Source of the DNA: an uncultured Staphylococcaceae bacterium
Lineage (GTDB): Bacteria > Bacillota_I > Bacilli_A > RFN20 > CAG-826
Reading direction: 5' to 3'
Assembly: GCA_964546565.1 (NCBI GenBank)
Contig: CAZJKC010000002.1
Location: 1 to 63,549, forward strand
DNA length: 63,549 nucleotides
Shown: positions 27,634 to 37,805 of the stretch, piece after piece
Layout: the number at the start of each line of letters is the position of its first letter
How positions within the stretch are numbered: position 1 is the first letter of the stretch
Notes under the pieces: generated by a model
Told to the model about the DNA's origin: nothing
Seen by the model: only the letters and a program-made list of their open reading frames with translations
Databases searched by the model: none
Position numbers and translations under genes: made by a program

Positions 27634-28872
27634 ATGAAAAAAAGCAATATTCTATTTATTTTATCCTTATTAATGATGACTACATCATGTTCTGAATCTA
27701 CTCCATCTGACCCAAAAGCGTATTTAATCAATAAGATATTGAATAACGCTAGCGTGGAAATAAAAGGTCAAGAAAGTATCTCTTATCCTAGTGATCTTTC
27801 CTTTTTAGATTCTCATACTGTAATTAATCTTAAACGTGATTATCAAACAATTGTCGAAAAAGATGGTAGTAAAACTCCTTTGATGCGTGAAAATAATAAT
27901 GGTTCCTTTACCACATATATGAGAGGTGCTGAAGGACAAGCAATTATTGAAATGCTTAATAGTAAAAATGAAGTAGTATCTGTTGATTATCTAGTAAATG
28001 GTAAATCGGTATTATTTAATGAAATCTTTGTAAATCCTTTTGAATACATTGATACAAGTGATATTACCGATGATTATTATCTTGATAATATGAAAGCTAG
28101 TTATTTAATAGAGAGTTATACTGGATATCAATATGCTGTAAAACAAGCAAAGTTCATTGTCGATAATAATATCGCTAAAGAATTACAAATTGAATTTCAG
28201 GATATTACTTCCTCGATTTACACATCTACTCAAAGCGTCAACATTTCTTCTTCTTTAGAATTATCAATCTCTTTTGATTATAATACACCCTCTATTAATC
28301 ATTTGTCACCACGGCAAAGCAATGACGCTTCGCTTAAAAAAGCCTTTAAAGATACATCTAACTTTACCTTAACATTTGAAAGTACAGCTACAAGTGAAAC
28401 ATGTATTGCTTATTTTACAGAAACCGATGTTTATTTCCATAAAGGTATCGATGTCATAGGATCAAGTGAAACAGATATTTATTATAAAAAACATCAAAAA
28501 GATGATTTGTATGATAAATACATTTATCACGCTAATACGGGGTCATTTATGCTAGAAGATTTTGATATCTCTAAAGATGCATTTTACCCCAGTATCGAAA
28601 ATATCTCTTATGATATTCTCTTAAAAGAAAGCAACAATACTTATTATTTTGATAACGTTACTTCTAAATATGGGCTTGAGGCTTTCATTCTCCCTCTTTA
28701 TAGTGTAAATACCGGTTTAGGCTTAAATGGTACTCTTAAATTAGATGACGGCCATATTAGCCAATTAAATGCCCGATTTAATCAAAATAGTCCCTTTATG
28801 ATTACGCAAAACTACTACCATTATGGGACAACAACTATTCCATCTTGGTTAGATTGCTCAACAATCGCCTAA
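27634..28872 (+). CDS. Lipoprotein, paralog family member 2
   Basis: MKKSNILFILSLLMMTTSCSES lipobox, with FVNPFEYIDTSDI and a C-terminal GTTTIPSWLD. Confidence 0.7.
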   Translation: MKKSNILFILSLLMMTTSCSESTPSDPKAYLINKILNNASVEIKGQESISYPSDLSFLDSHTVINLKRDYQTIVEKDGSKTPLMRENNNGSFTTYMRGAEGQAIIEMLNSKNEVVSVDYLVNGKSVLFNEIFVNPFEYIDTSDITDDYYLDNMKASYLIESYTGYQYAVKQAKFIVDNNIAKELQIEFQDITSSIYTSTQSVNISSSLELSISFDYNTPSINHLSPRQSNDASLKKAFKDTSNFTLTFESTATSETCIAYFTETDVYFHKGIDVIGSSETDIYYKKHQKDDLYDKYIYHANTGSFMLEDFDISKDAFYPSIENISYDILLKESNNTYYFDNVTSKYGLEAFILPLYSVNTGLGLNGTLKLDDGHISQLNARFNQNSPFMITQNYYHYGTTTIPSWLDCSTIA

Positions 28873-28951
28873 TACTAAACAATATAAAACCTAGAAAGGA
28901 GAATTATTATTCGTATTATTTATAGGCTTAATCGAATAATATAAACTAAAA

Positions 28952-30442
28952 ATGAAAAACAAAAAGTTATTACCTTTGTTATTAATTCTATCTTTATCAA
29001 GTTGTCAATCTAACAATGATATAGTAATTGAAGAAATACCGGATATTATTAAAACAGCTGTCAATGCTCTTCGTAATACTACACACCTTGTTAAAACCGA
29101 GCAAACCGTTACCGTTTTACGTTCAGCAAATGGTGAGACTGTCGAAAGTTATGTTCCTGTTGATATTACTCAAGAATACAATAATACTTTTACATATTAT
29201 TATGATGGTAATGAACGAGCATATTCACGAAAGACATCTTCCTTATTTGCGGACTTACATAAAAACGATGATCCTGCCAATAACATTTCTGCTGGTGATA
29301 AAATAGAAAGTACCATCCGGACTTATGATAATCCCGAAGAAATATATTATAAAAATGTCGAAAATGGCACTGTCTATGTCGAAAATATTTCTTATCAAAA
29401 TGAATTATCAACTTCTATCGTCGCTAATTATGATGAAAATTCTGGTATTTATTCACCAATTATTTACGATTTAGAATTTAAAAATCCTTTTGATTTTATT
29501 TCAATGCGTGATATTAAAATTAAAAGCGAAAAAGATTCAACTTTAACTATTATCAATCAAAAAGCTGACTTCCTAGCCGATTGCTATAACACTATCGGAT
29601 TAAACTTTATTACTGATAATACTGTTTATCTTGATGAAAGCAATCGTATTTCCGCAATTGAATTTGTTATCGATGACTTGGTCGGCAATAATTTTATCCG
29701 TCGAAATACTTTTAAAGTTTCTTATGAATATATTTCTCAAGAAATACCTCATTACGAACCTTTTACAAATGACAATCCGAAATTAGCCAAGGCTTTAAAA
29801 ACACTTGATAATCAATACAACTTTACATATATCAAAGAATTTCAAGCTGATGATGATACCGGAGAGTTATATCATCGTATCGAAGGTTACTTCACTAAAG
29901 AAGAAGTTTATTTCCATCATATTGTTAATGGCTCCGATTATGGACTCACTGATTATAATTCCGAGGCTCCTTACACTATTGGAGATTACTATGATTATAA
30001 ATCAAAGCTTGATGATAACAATACCTATACTTGTTATGAATATGTTCCAAATGGTGTCGAGTTCAAATGGGGCGTTGTTAAAGTTAGCGGTTCTTCAGAT
30101 TATATAATTGATAGTTTTGAAGGAATTGGACCATCATTTGCTCAACTAGATGCCGCCATTTTCTCACAAGTCACGGAAAATAAATATGAAATCGAGACCT
30201 TACTTCTTCCATCTATAGGTAAATACTTTGATTTCGGTATGCTTGGTGTCCAATCTAGTGTTTTTGACGGAAATACAACTACATTAAGTATTACTTTAGA
30301 TGATGATGGCAATATTGAAGTCATCGAAGCAAGCTTCATTTTTGAAATGAAAACTTATCGAATTAATTTCTATTTGCGTGATATTGGAACAACGGTTATT
30401 CCTAGCTGGTCAGACGATATTATTCCTGTACCTAGTATTTAA
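28952..30442 (+). CDS. Lipoprotein, paralog family member 3
   Basis: MKNKKLLPLLLILSLSSCQSNN lipobox, with FKNPFDFISMRDI and a C-terminal GTTVIPSWSD. Confidence 0.7.
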   Translation: MKNKKLLPLLLILSLSSCQSNNDIVIEEIPDIIKTAVNALRNTTHLVKTEQTVTVLRSANGETVESYVPVDITQEYNNTFTYYYDGNERAYSRKTSSLFADLHKNDDPANNISAGDKIESTIRTYDNPEEIYYKNVENGTVYVENISYQNELSTSIVANYDENSGIYSPIIYDLEFKNPFDFISMRDIKIKSEKDSTLTIINQKADFLADCYNTIGLNFITDNTVYLDESNRISAIEFVIDDLVGNNFIRRNTFKVSYEYISQEIPHYEPFTNDNPKLAKALKTLDNQYNFTYIKEFQADDDTGELYHRIEGYFTKEEVYFHHIVNGSDYGLTDYNSEAPYTIGDYYDYKSKLDDNNTYTCYEYVPNGVEFKWGVVKVSGSSDYIIDSFEGIGPSFAQLDAAIFSQVTENKYEIETLLLPSIGKYFDFGMLGVQSSVFDGNTTTLSITLDDDGNIEVIEASFIFEMKTYRINFYLRDIGTTVIPSWSDDIIPVPSI

Positions 30443-30455
30443 TAAATAAAAATAG

Positions 30456-30500
30456 GACTGCTACAAACCTAATAATTAGGAAAAGTAGCAGTCTTTTTTT
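30456..30500 (+). terminator. Intrinsic terminator ending the four-gene lipoprotein operon
   Basis: GACTGCTAC...(inner CCTAAT/ATTAGG)...GTAGCAGTC followed by TTTTTTT. Confidence 0.75.
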
Positions 30501-30688
30501 AATACAAATTTAAACGCTTATCAAAATAAAATATAAAAATGCACTTTTACTTTCAAAAAAAAGAAATTTACTTTTTCAAATAACGCGTCCTATAAAAAAA
30601 TACATCCTGTTTGATTTTTGATATACGTTATAATATAATTTTTTCGTAGATAATCCTATATTATGGCTCTACAAAAAAGGAGAAAATT

Positions 30689-32803
30689 ATGAATAAAAAA
30701 TGTATTTTAATTGCTGGATGCGCATTAATTATATCTTTTCTTGGGAGTTGCAATAATACTCCATCAAATTCAAATAAACCAAATGTTTCAACTAATAATA
30801 GCGGTAATGTAGATGCAACAAATTCAAGAGGAAAGAATTTAGCAAAATTATTACTTGCTCGAGAAAGGCTTGATTCACAATTATTAAGAAATGATGTAAA
30901 TATTTTTGAAAAAGAGTCTTCTTCAATTGAAAAACATAATAAAAGAATTGATTATTTATTTGGAGAATCAATTGTTGTAGGTGAAAAAATGTATTGGTCT
31001 AATTTTGATGAATACAATAATTCTTTTTCTTATTTTAACAGTATAACTTCGGCAATTATTTATTCTTCCGAAGAAGGAGCAAAACTTATTGATGAAGTTA
31101 AATCAACAATTACTGAACTTGATAAGTGGATCGAATATGAAAAAGATGGTATGTATAATAAATATTATCTTTCTGTTTCTGCAGATACTGATATTTTATA
31201 TAAAGTTAATGATTATGAAATATCTATTTGCAAACATTATATAAATGATATTGGGCAAACAGTATATGAAATTTATTTAGAACAAGAAAATGTAGTTCAA
31301 AGAATGAAATATATTCCTAATATGCGTTATGAATTTTCTGAAAAAATAGATGATGGTCACAATAAACAAGAAAAATATTTCGTTGCTGATTATTCCAAAG
31401 GTTATTGGGAAGTTAGTGAAATTGATCCTATTGATGATAGATATAATATTATGTATTATGTTATGAAAAATGATATATGTTATTCTATTTATAATGATCC
31501 TAATGAAACCATCACAACAATCAATGTTATGAGTGCTGATGTTAAAACTGATATTTTTTCTTATGATTATTTAGAAGATATAACTAATGTTACTATAAAA
31601 TTATCTGGATTTAATGGTATTGATTATATTGAAGCACCTATTAATGATGTAAGATATTTAGATGATACCTCATTAGCGTATACACACTCTCAAAATACAG
31701 CATTAATGTCAAAAAATAATACTTATCTTTATGGTGGTTATAAGTATAATGATATGATAACTGTTTCTTCTATTATGGTTGGAGCAAGTCATGATGGATA
31801 CATTCCAACGCTTCAATTACGTGTTAATTCTAGTGATTCTAATGAAGTTTGGAATGAAGTAGAATCCTTTTTAAATGACAGTGGTTTAGAATGTAAAAGA
31901 GAGCTTAATGTTGTTTTAAATGGTGTTAAAAAGATCGATGTAGATTCGCAAGATATGATCAATTATTATACTGTTAATGGCTATGCATTAAATAATAATG
32001 AATCTGTATCAAAAGCTGTAGATATAGAAAAGAATATTTTTAATACTTTAAAAAATGATTATAATCAAATTAAAGGTGATGATATCGTTTCTTATGAGGA
32101 TATGGTCAAAGTTGATGAAGAATTAAGTTTTCCTTCTCTTGAAAACACGGAAATTGATAACTCTCAAATAGAAAATAAAATAATTAGTATTGATAAAATC
32201 TCTCATACTATTTCTGATAACGTTTTATTAGATGAAAATGAAAATTATCATATTGAAATTGCTCTTGTTAATCAAGAAAATGATTCTGTTTTATCAATTT
32301 ATTCATCAAATGAAATATATAAATATAATAATGAAAGTACATTTACTCTTGAAGCAAATAACATTGAATTTGAAATGCCTAATGTTAGTGAAGGTACATA
32401 TCGAATTATTTCATATATTGCTACAAGTGATGGTATTAGAGTTTCCGATTACAAAGATATTATTTTTTCAAATGTTAATGACAATTTAGATGAAATTGAA
32501 ATTATAAAAGATGAAGAAGGTATAGTTAATATTGAATATGCTAAACCTAATGATTATACAATAACTTATGAAACAGAAACCCAAGTTAATTATCATGAAT
32601 TTTATGATGCAATATGTAAAATGGTATTCGAATATGGATCAATATCTAGTAATATAGAAAAATTAATGGATAATACTTATGTTGAAATGAATAAAAACTC
32701 CTCTATAACAGAAGGTATATATCGAATTGGGTATACCATAAATGATGGTGAAACTGAAACTACAGGATATATATATATCGAATATAACATAATTAATCAG
32801 TAA
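30689..32803 (+). CDS. Lipoprotein, 704 aa, no family recognised
   Basis: MNKKCILIAGCALIISFLGSCNNTPSN lipobox, AAGGAGAA RBS. Two C-terminal segments share EG(T/I)YRI. Confidence 0.7.
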   Translation: MNKKCILIAGCALIISFLGSCNNTPSNSNKPNVSTNNSGNVDATNSRGKNLAKLLLARERLDSQLLRNDVNIFEKESSSIEKHNKRIDYLFGESIVVGEKMYWSNFDEYNNSFSYFNSITSAIIYSSEEGAKLIDEVKSTITELDKWIEYEKDGMYNKYYLSVSADTDILYKVNDYEISICKHYINDIGQTVYEIYLEQENVVQRMKYIPNMRYEFSEKIDDGHNKQEKYFVADYSKGYWEVSEIDPIDDRYNIMYYVMKNDICYSIYNDPNETITTINVMSADVKTDIFSYDYLEDITNVTIKLSGFNGIDYIEAPINDVRYLDDTSLAYTHSQNTALMSKNNTYLYGGYKYNDMITVSSIMVGASHDGYIPTLQLRVNSSDSNEVWNEVESFLNDSGLECKRELNVVLNGVKKIDVDSQDMINYYTVNGYALNNNESVSKAVDIEKNIFNTLKNDYNQIKGDDIVSYEDMVKVDEELSFPSLENTEIDNSQIENKIISIDKISHTISDNVLLDENENYHIEIALVNQENDSVLSIYSSNEIYKYNNESTFTLEANNIEFEMPNVSEGTYRIISYIATSDGIRVSDYKDIIFSNVNDNLDEIEIIKDEEGIVNIEYAKPNDYTITYETETQVNYHEFYDAICKMVFEYGSISSNIEKLMDNTYVEMNKNSSITEGIYRIGYTINDGETETTGYIYIEYNIINQ

Positions 32804-32894
32804 GGAAAAAAGATAATCACTTTACTTTTATCACTAACAAGCCCATTAACTGCTAATTATAAATAAGCATATTAAAAAAAGCATTTACATATAT

Positions 32895-34256
32895 TTATAT
32901 TTTCATCAATCCCTGTTCAAGATCTTGTGCAACAAAAGATATAAAATAGAAAGGAATAGTCATGATCCTTTGCTCATGATTATATCCATAATTATTATTA
33001 GACACTTTGATGGCAAATTCAAACTTGTTATGACTTGCAAATTTTAAAAGAGAATTAATCGTCCCTCGTCTTTTCTTGACATCAAGTGGATAAAGTTTAT
33101 TATTTGATTCCACAATAAACTCCAGTTCGGCCGAAGATTTACCTCGCCAATAAAAAAGTTTATGTCCTCTAGCTATTAATTCATTAGCGACAAAGTTTTC
33201 AAAGAAAATACCAGATAAAGTATTTTCATTGTTATTAGCAATAAAAGAAGCTGCATTAATACCACTTTGATATGAAAACATTCCTATATCTCCTAAAAAT
33301 AGGCGGAAATTGCTATTATTATCAGATATTAAAGGCATCGTGATTCTTTCTTTTAATTGAAATGATTGATTGACTATATGAGCTAAAGTAAGCCATTGTA
33401 TAGATGTATAAAAATCTCTTGTTTTACTATTACTTTCAATAAGACTTGGTGAAAAATTTTTTGTTTCTTTATTGAGCTCATTATAGATATTTTGAAATAA
33501 ATTACGCGACCGTAATACCGCTTCTGGGCTGGCCTGATATAAATCCATATCCGAAAGATAATTATCATATAATGCTTTTAATACTTTTCGTGATTCAAAA
33601 AGATTATTACTATTAATAAAAGTTTCAACAACTTCCGGCATACCACCAATAAGTAAATATTTATAAACATATTCGATTGCTAAAGTGTGAATATTAATAT
33701 CGACTGCTTTTTTATCATAAAATGCTCTTTTTAAGGTCTCATACAATGGTTTATTACAATTGAGCAAAAACTCGTCAAATGTCATCGGATAAATGGTTAT
33801 TTGATCAATTTTACCAACAGGAAAAAGAAACTTATTATTACTTACAGCACCACGTTTATGATATTCTCTTTGAAGTTTAATACGAACCATGGAACCAGTT
33901 ACAATAACAGGTATTTCCTGAAAATCTTGGCAAAAGTATTTAAGTGCCGATATAATATTAGGACATTCCTGAACTTCATCAAATATTAAAAGAGTATTTT
34001 TTGTTATTTCACGTCCTTTGAATAAGCTAATATATTCAATAATTTTTTTAGCATTCGCTGTTTTTGAACAAAAATCTCTGATTTCATCTTCTATTTTACA
34101 ATCAATATACAAATAATTATTTTTATAATAGTTATTTGCAAATATATCTTTGATAAGATATGATTTGCCAACTTGTCTAGCACCCCATACAATTAATGGT
34201 TTTCTTTTTTTATTATTATTCCATTCAATTAAACATTCTAAAGCATTTCGTTCCAT
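32895..34256 (-). CDS. COG1373-type AAA ATPase (AAA_14 + DUF4143 family)
   Basis: Start at MERNALECLIEW, with AAGGAGG RBS. Walker A GARQVGKSY, Walker B LIFDEVQ, and C-terminal AELEFIVESNNKLYPLDVKK. Confidence 0.85.
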   Translation of the reverse strand: MERNALECLIEWNNNKKRKPLIVWGARQVGKSYLIKDIFANNYYKNNYLYIDCKIEDEIRDFCSKTANAKKIIEYISLFKGREITKNTLLIFDEVQECPNIISALKYFCQDFQEIPVIVTGSMVRIKLQREYHKRGAVSNNKFLFPVGKIDQITIYPMTFDEFLLNCNKPLYETLKRAFYDKKAVDINIHTLAIEYVYKYLLIGGMPEVVETFINSNNLFESRKVLKALYDNYLSDMDLYQASPEAVLRSRNLFQNIYNELNKETKNFSPSLIESNSKTRDFYTSIQWLTLAHIVNQSFQLKERITMPLISDNNSNFRLFLGDIGMFSYQSGINAASFIANNNENTLSGIFFENFVANELIARGHKLFYWRGKSSAELEFIVESNNKLYPLDVKKRRGTINSLLKFASHNKFEFAIKVSNNNYGYNHEQRIMTIPFYFISFVAQDLEQGLMKI

Positions 34257-34295
34257 TATATAAAGCCTCCTTTGTTTTATCAAATATAGTATGTC

Positions 34296-34377
34296 ATTAT
34301 TTGCACCTTTTATCAAGTTAAAAATTATATTATTTGCACTTTTATAACACTTTTTTTACTTATTAATTGCACATTTC
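34296..34377. repeat. Three direct repeats ATTA(T/A)TTGCACnTTT phased at exactly 33 bp, upstream of the ATPase gene
   Basis: TTGCAC cores at 34301..34306, 34334..34339 and 34367..34372. Confidence 0.7.
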
Positions 34378-34402
34378 AATAATTGAATAGTGTACCATTA
34401 GT

Positions 34403-34433
34403 AAAAAAACACCTAGCAGAACGCTAAGTGTTT
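34403..34433 (-). terminator. Intrinsic terminator after rplQ (end of alpha operon)
   Basis: Minus strand: AAACACTTAGC-GTTCT-GCTAGGTGTTT followed by TTTTT. Confidence 0.65.
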
Positions 34434-34447
34434 AAGTTTAAATTTAA

Positions 34448-34846
34448 TTATTTAACAAATTCAACGATTGCCATTGGAGCATTGTCACCACGGCGGTTAA
34501 CAAGTTTCAATATACGAGTATAACCACCATTACGGGTAGCATAACGTGGTCCAATTTCAGCAAATAACTTATCAAGAGCATTTTGATTATTACCTGCTTC
34601 AATATCACGTACAACGCTAGCGGCTAAACGACGATGATGTAAATCACCTTTCTTCGCATATGTCACTAAACGATCTGCCATTTTAACAACATCTTTGGCA
34701 ATGCCAAATGTAACTGTAACACGTTCATGAACGATTAATTCACTAACGACATTACGAAGCATATTATTGTATTTGCTCGAGGTATATGCGGCTTTGAAAC
34801 GAACACCGGTTTTACCATGAACATTTTTACGACCTTGTGCTGGCAT
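34448..34846 (-). CDS. rplQ: 50S ribosomal protein bL17
   Basis: Conserved L17 core (MLRNVVSELIVHERVTVT...) and its position after rpoA. Confidence 0.95.
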   Translation of the reverse strand: MPAQGRKNVHGKTGVRFKAAYTSSKYNNMLRNVVSELIVHERVTVTFGIAKDVVKMADRLVTYAKKGDLHHRRLAASVVRDIEAGNNQNALDKLFAEIGPRYATRNGGYTRILKLVNRRGDNAPMAIVEFVK

Positions 34847-34859
34847 TTATTCTTTCCTC

Positions 34860-35813
34860 CTATTCGTAATCACGGAAAGATAAACCATAGCTCATAAGTT
34901 TTTCTTTAACTTCTTTTAATGATTTCTTTCCAAGATTACGTACTTTCATCATTTCTTCTTCTGTCTTTTGAGTTAATTCAAGGACAGTTTGAATTCCTGC
35001 TCTTTTCAAACAGTTGAATGAACGAACAGACAACTCGAGTTCTTCAATTGTCATATCTTCAAATTGATTTGGCTCATCTTCGACTTTTTCAGCAATAACA
35101 TCAACATTACGAGCAATTTCGCTAACTTCTTCGAAAAGTTTGAAGTGCTCAATTAAGATTTTTGACGCTAATGCGAGTGCATCTTGAGGAAGCATTGAAC
35201 CATTAGTTTCAATTTCTAAAATCAAACGATCATAACGTGAATCATGACCAACACGAGTTGGTTCAATGAAATAACTCACTTTAGTAATTGGTGAGTAATT
35301 AGAATCGGTAGGAATTGTCCCGATATGTTGTGTTGGTGATTTATTTCCTTCAGCAGTAACATATCCACGGCCATTGCGGGCATAGATTGTCATGTCAAGT
35401 TTGCCACCATCAGCAATATGGGCAATTTCCAATTCAGGATTAATTACTTCGACACCATCAGGAAGATCAAGATCTCCAGCTGTTAAAGTACATGGTCCTT
35501 CAACATTAACACTAATCTTCTTTGCGCTATTATCTTCATCTTCATCAATTTTTAAAACTAAATCTTTTAAGTTAAGAATGATAGTAGTGACATCTTCAAC
35601 TACACCATCTAAGGCACTGAATTCATGACGAGCGCCTTCTACTTTGACTGCATAAACGGATGCCCCTGGTAAAGAAGATAATAAGACTCTACGTAATGCA
35701 TTACCTAAAGTAATACCAAATCCTCTTTCAAGAGGTTCCATAACAAATCTACCAGAATTAGATTTTAAATCATATGTTGCGACTTTAAAAATCGGTTTTT
35801 CAAATTTTCTCAT
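34860..35813 (-). CDS. rpoA: DNA-directed RNA polymerase alpha subunit
   Basis: 317 aa. PLERGFGITLGNALRRVLLSSLPG signature. Confidence 0.97.
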   Translation of the reverse strand: MRKFEKPIFKVATYDLKSNSGRFVMEPLERGFGITLGNALRRVLLSSLPGASVYAVKVEGARHEFSALDGVVEDVTTIILNLKDLVLKIDEDEDNSAKKISVNVEGPCTLTAGDLDLPDGVEVINPELEIAHIADGGKLDMTIYARNGRGYVTAEGNKSPTQHIGTIPTDSNYSPITKVSYFIEPTRVGHDSRYDRLILEIETNGSMLPQDALALASKILIEHFKLFEEVSEIARNVDVIAEKVEDEPNQFEDMTIEELELSVRSFNCLKRAGIQTVLELTQKTEEEMMKVRNLGKKSLKEVKEKLMSYGLSFRDYE

Positions 35814-35856
35814 TGCTTTTCCTCCTTTGCAATCAACTTAGTTATTGAAACAACAA

Positions 35857-36258
35857 TTAACCGCGTGGACGCTTTGGTGGACGGCAACCATTATGTGGGA
35901 TTGGTGTTGTATCAGTAATCATTACAATATTTAATCCCGCAGCTTGTAAACTACGAACTGCCGATTCACGTCCTGGTCCTGGACCTTTAACATTGACATC
36001 AACGGTCTTAATTCCTTGGTCCAAAGCCTTCTTGGCGCATGCTTCAGCCGCAGCTTGAGCAGCGTAAGGAGTTGATTTCTTCGCACCTTTAAATCCTAAT
36101 GCACCAGCGCTTGACCACGCAATGGCGTTGCCAGCTTCATCGGTAATGGTGACAATAGTATTATTGAAAGTTGAGTGAATATGGGCAAGACCTTTAGTAT
36201 AGCTTCTTTTAATTTTTTTCTTGCGTGTTGACGCAGACTTTTTTGTAACTTTAGCCAT
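35857..36258 (-). CDS. rpsK: 30S ribosomal protein uS11
   Basis: Conserved sequence and operon position. Confidence 0.97.
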   Translation of the reverse strand: MAKVTKKSASTRKKKIKRSYTKGLAHIHSTFNNTIVTITDEAGNAIAWSSAGALGFKGAKKSTPYAAQAAAEACAKKALDQGIKTVDVNVKGPGPGRESAVRSLQAAGLNIVMITDTTPIPHNGCRPPKRPRG

Positions 36259-36279
36259 AATATTATTTCCTCACTTTCC

Positions 36280-36654
36280 TTATTGTGTTGCTTTCTTCTT
36301 ATTCGCAATTGTCTTTTTCGGTCCTTTACGGGTACGAGCATTTGTTCTTGTTCTTTGACCACGCACTGGTAAACCCTTGCGATGACGAAGTCCGCGATAG
36401 CATCCGATTTCTTGAAGACGCTTAATGTTTAAAGATACTTCTCTACGAAGATCTCCTTCAACATGATAATGAGCCACTTCACCACGGATAGCGGTAAGTT
36501 GTTCTTCGGTAAGATTCTTTACACGAATGTCTTCATCAATATTTAATTTCTTTAAAATTTTCTTTGATGTTGTTGGTCCAATTCCATAAATATAAGTTAA
36601 TGAAATGACCACACGTTTATCATTTGGAATATCTACTCCAGCAATACGTGCCAT
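36280..36654 (-). CDS. rpsM: 30S ribosomal protein uS13
   Basis: [10 protein letters not shown] start and operon position. Confidence 0.97.
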   Translation of the reverse strand: MARIAGVDIPNDKRVVISLTYIYGIGPTTSKKILKKLNIDEDIRVKNLTEEQLTAIRGEVAHYHVEGDLRREVSLNIKRLQEIGCYRGLRHRKGLPVRGQRTRTNARTRKGPKKTIANKKKATQ

Positions 36655-36667
36655 ATTCTAATTCCTC

Positions 36668-36784
36668 CTAATTTCCTTGTCTCTGCTTATGTTTTGGATT
36701 CGAACAAATGACCATTACGCGGCCATGACGACGAATAACTTTACATTTATCGCAGATAGGTTTGACTGAGGGTCTGACTTTCAT
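36668..36784 (-). CDS. rpmJ: 50S ribosomal protein bL36 (Zn-binding form)
   Basis: Not in the ORF track (38 aa). My translation: [38 protein letters not shown]. Confidence 0.9.
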   Translation of the reverse strand: MKVRPSVKPICDKCKVIRRHGRVMVICSNPKHKQRQGN

Positions 36785-36809
36785 AAAAATTTTCCTCCTC
36801 GTTATTTTT

Positions 36810-37028
36810 TTATTTGAATCTAAATGTGATTCTACCCCGTGTTAAATCGTAAGGCGATATTTCCACCGTAACTCTATCACCTGGTAAAATGCGAATGTAA
36901 TTCATACGGATTTTACCAGAAACGGTTGCGAGAATTACGACGCCGTTTTGTAATTTTACTCTAAACATTGCGTTAGGTAATGTTTCAACGACTACCGCTT
37001 CGACTTCAATGACATCTTCTTTTGCCAT
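36810..37028 (-). CDS. infA: Translation initiation factor IF-1
   Basis: 72 aa. [24 protein letters not shown]. Confidence 0.97.
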   Translation of the reverse strand: MAKEDVIEVEAVVVETLPNAMFRVKLQNGVVILATVSGKIRMNYIRILPGDRVTVEISPYDLTRGRITFRFK

Positions 37029-37040
37029 TTTTTTCCTCCA

Positions 37041-37799
37041 TCAGTTTTTATTTTGATTCAAAGTGAGAATTTCGTAACCATCTAAAGTAACAACGATGGT
37101 ATTCTCATAATGACTTGCTAATTTGCCATCAACTGTTTTGACAGTCCATCCATCAGATAACGTTCTTGTTTCACGTCGGCCTTGATGGAGCATTGGCTCA
37201 ATAGCTAAACACATGCCAACACGTAATTTAGGTCCATGTCCAGGTAATCCATAATTAGGAATAATTGGATCTTCATGAAGTTCCATACCAATTCCATGTC
37301 CTGTATAATCACGGGGAATGGAAAAACCATTCTTTTCAGCATGCGTTTGAATAATATGTGATACATCGGAAAGATATACGCCTGGTTTAATAATTTTCAA
37401 AGCTTCAAAGAAACATTCTTCAGTAACGCGAATTAACTTTTGAGCTTCATCACTAATTTTTCCAATTGCGTATGTCCGTGCTGCATCTCCATTATATCCT
37501 TTGTAAACAGCACCCACATCTATAGAAACAATATCTCCTTCTTTTAAGCGATAATGACTAGGAAATCCATGAACTAATGTATCATTAACTGAGATACAAC
37601 ATGTGTATGGAAAACCGCCATATCCTTTAAATCCAGGTACTGCTCCTTGGTCACGAATAGTTTTTTCCGCAACTTGATCAAGTTCTAGAGTGGTTATACC
37701 GGGCTTAAGCAACGGTTCCAGTGCCGTAAAGACACTGGCCGTTATTTTACCGGCTTCGCGCATCAACTCGATTTCTCGAGGAGATTTTACGATAATCAT
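37041..37799 (-). CDS. map: Methionine aminopeptidase type I
   Basis: 252 aa, conserved metal-ligand blocks, operon position. Confidence 0.95.
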   Translation of the reverse strand: MIIVKSPREIELMREAGKITASVFTALEPLLKPGITTLELDQVAEKTIRDQGAVPGFKGYGGFPYTCCISVNDTLVHGFPSHYRLKEGDIVSIDVGAVYKGYNGDAARTYAIGKISDEAQKLIRVTEECFFEALKIIKPGVYLSDVSHIIQTHAEKNGFSIPRDYTGHGIGMELHEDPIIPNYGLPGHGPKLRVGMCLAIEPMLHQGRRETRTLSDGWTVKTVDGKLASHYENTIVVTLDGYEILTLNQNKN

Positions 37800-37805
37800 A
37801 GCCGT

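Noticed and set aside
28873-28951. Hairpin ATTATTCG-19 nt-CGAATAAT between lipoprotein paralogs 2 and 3, as a terminator or attenuator.
   Set aside because: It has an AT-only 8-bp stem, a long loop and no T-run, so it is likely too weak to be meaningful.
36096-36362. Same-strand alternative-frame ORFs inside r-protein genes (also 40027..40263, 41299..41517, 47535..47738 and 48038..48286).
   Set aside because: They overlap the conserved frames of rpsK/rpsM, rplO, rplF, rplD and rplC. Their products are low complexity with no independent signals.
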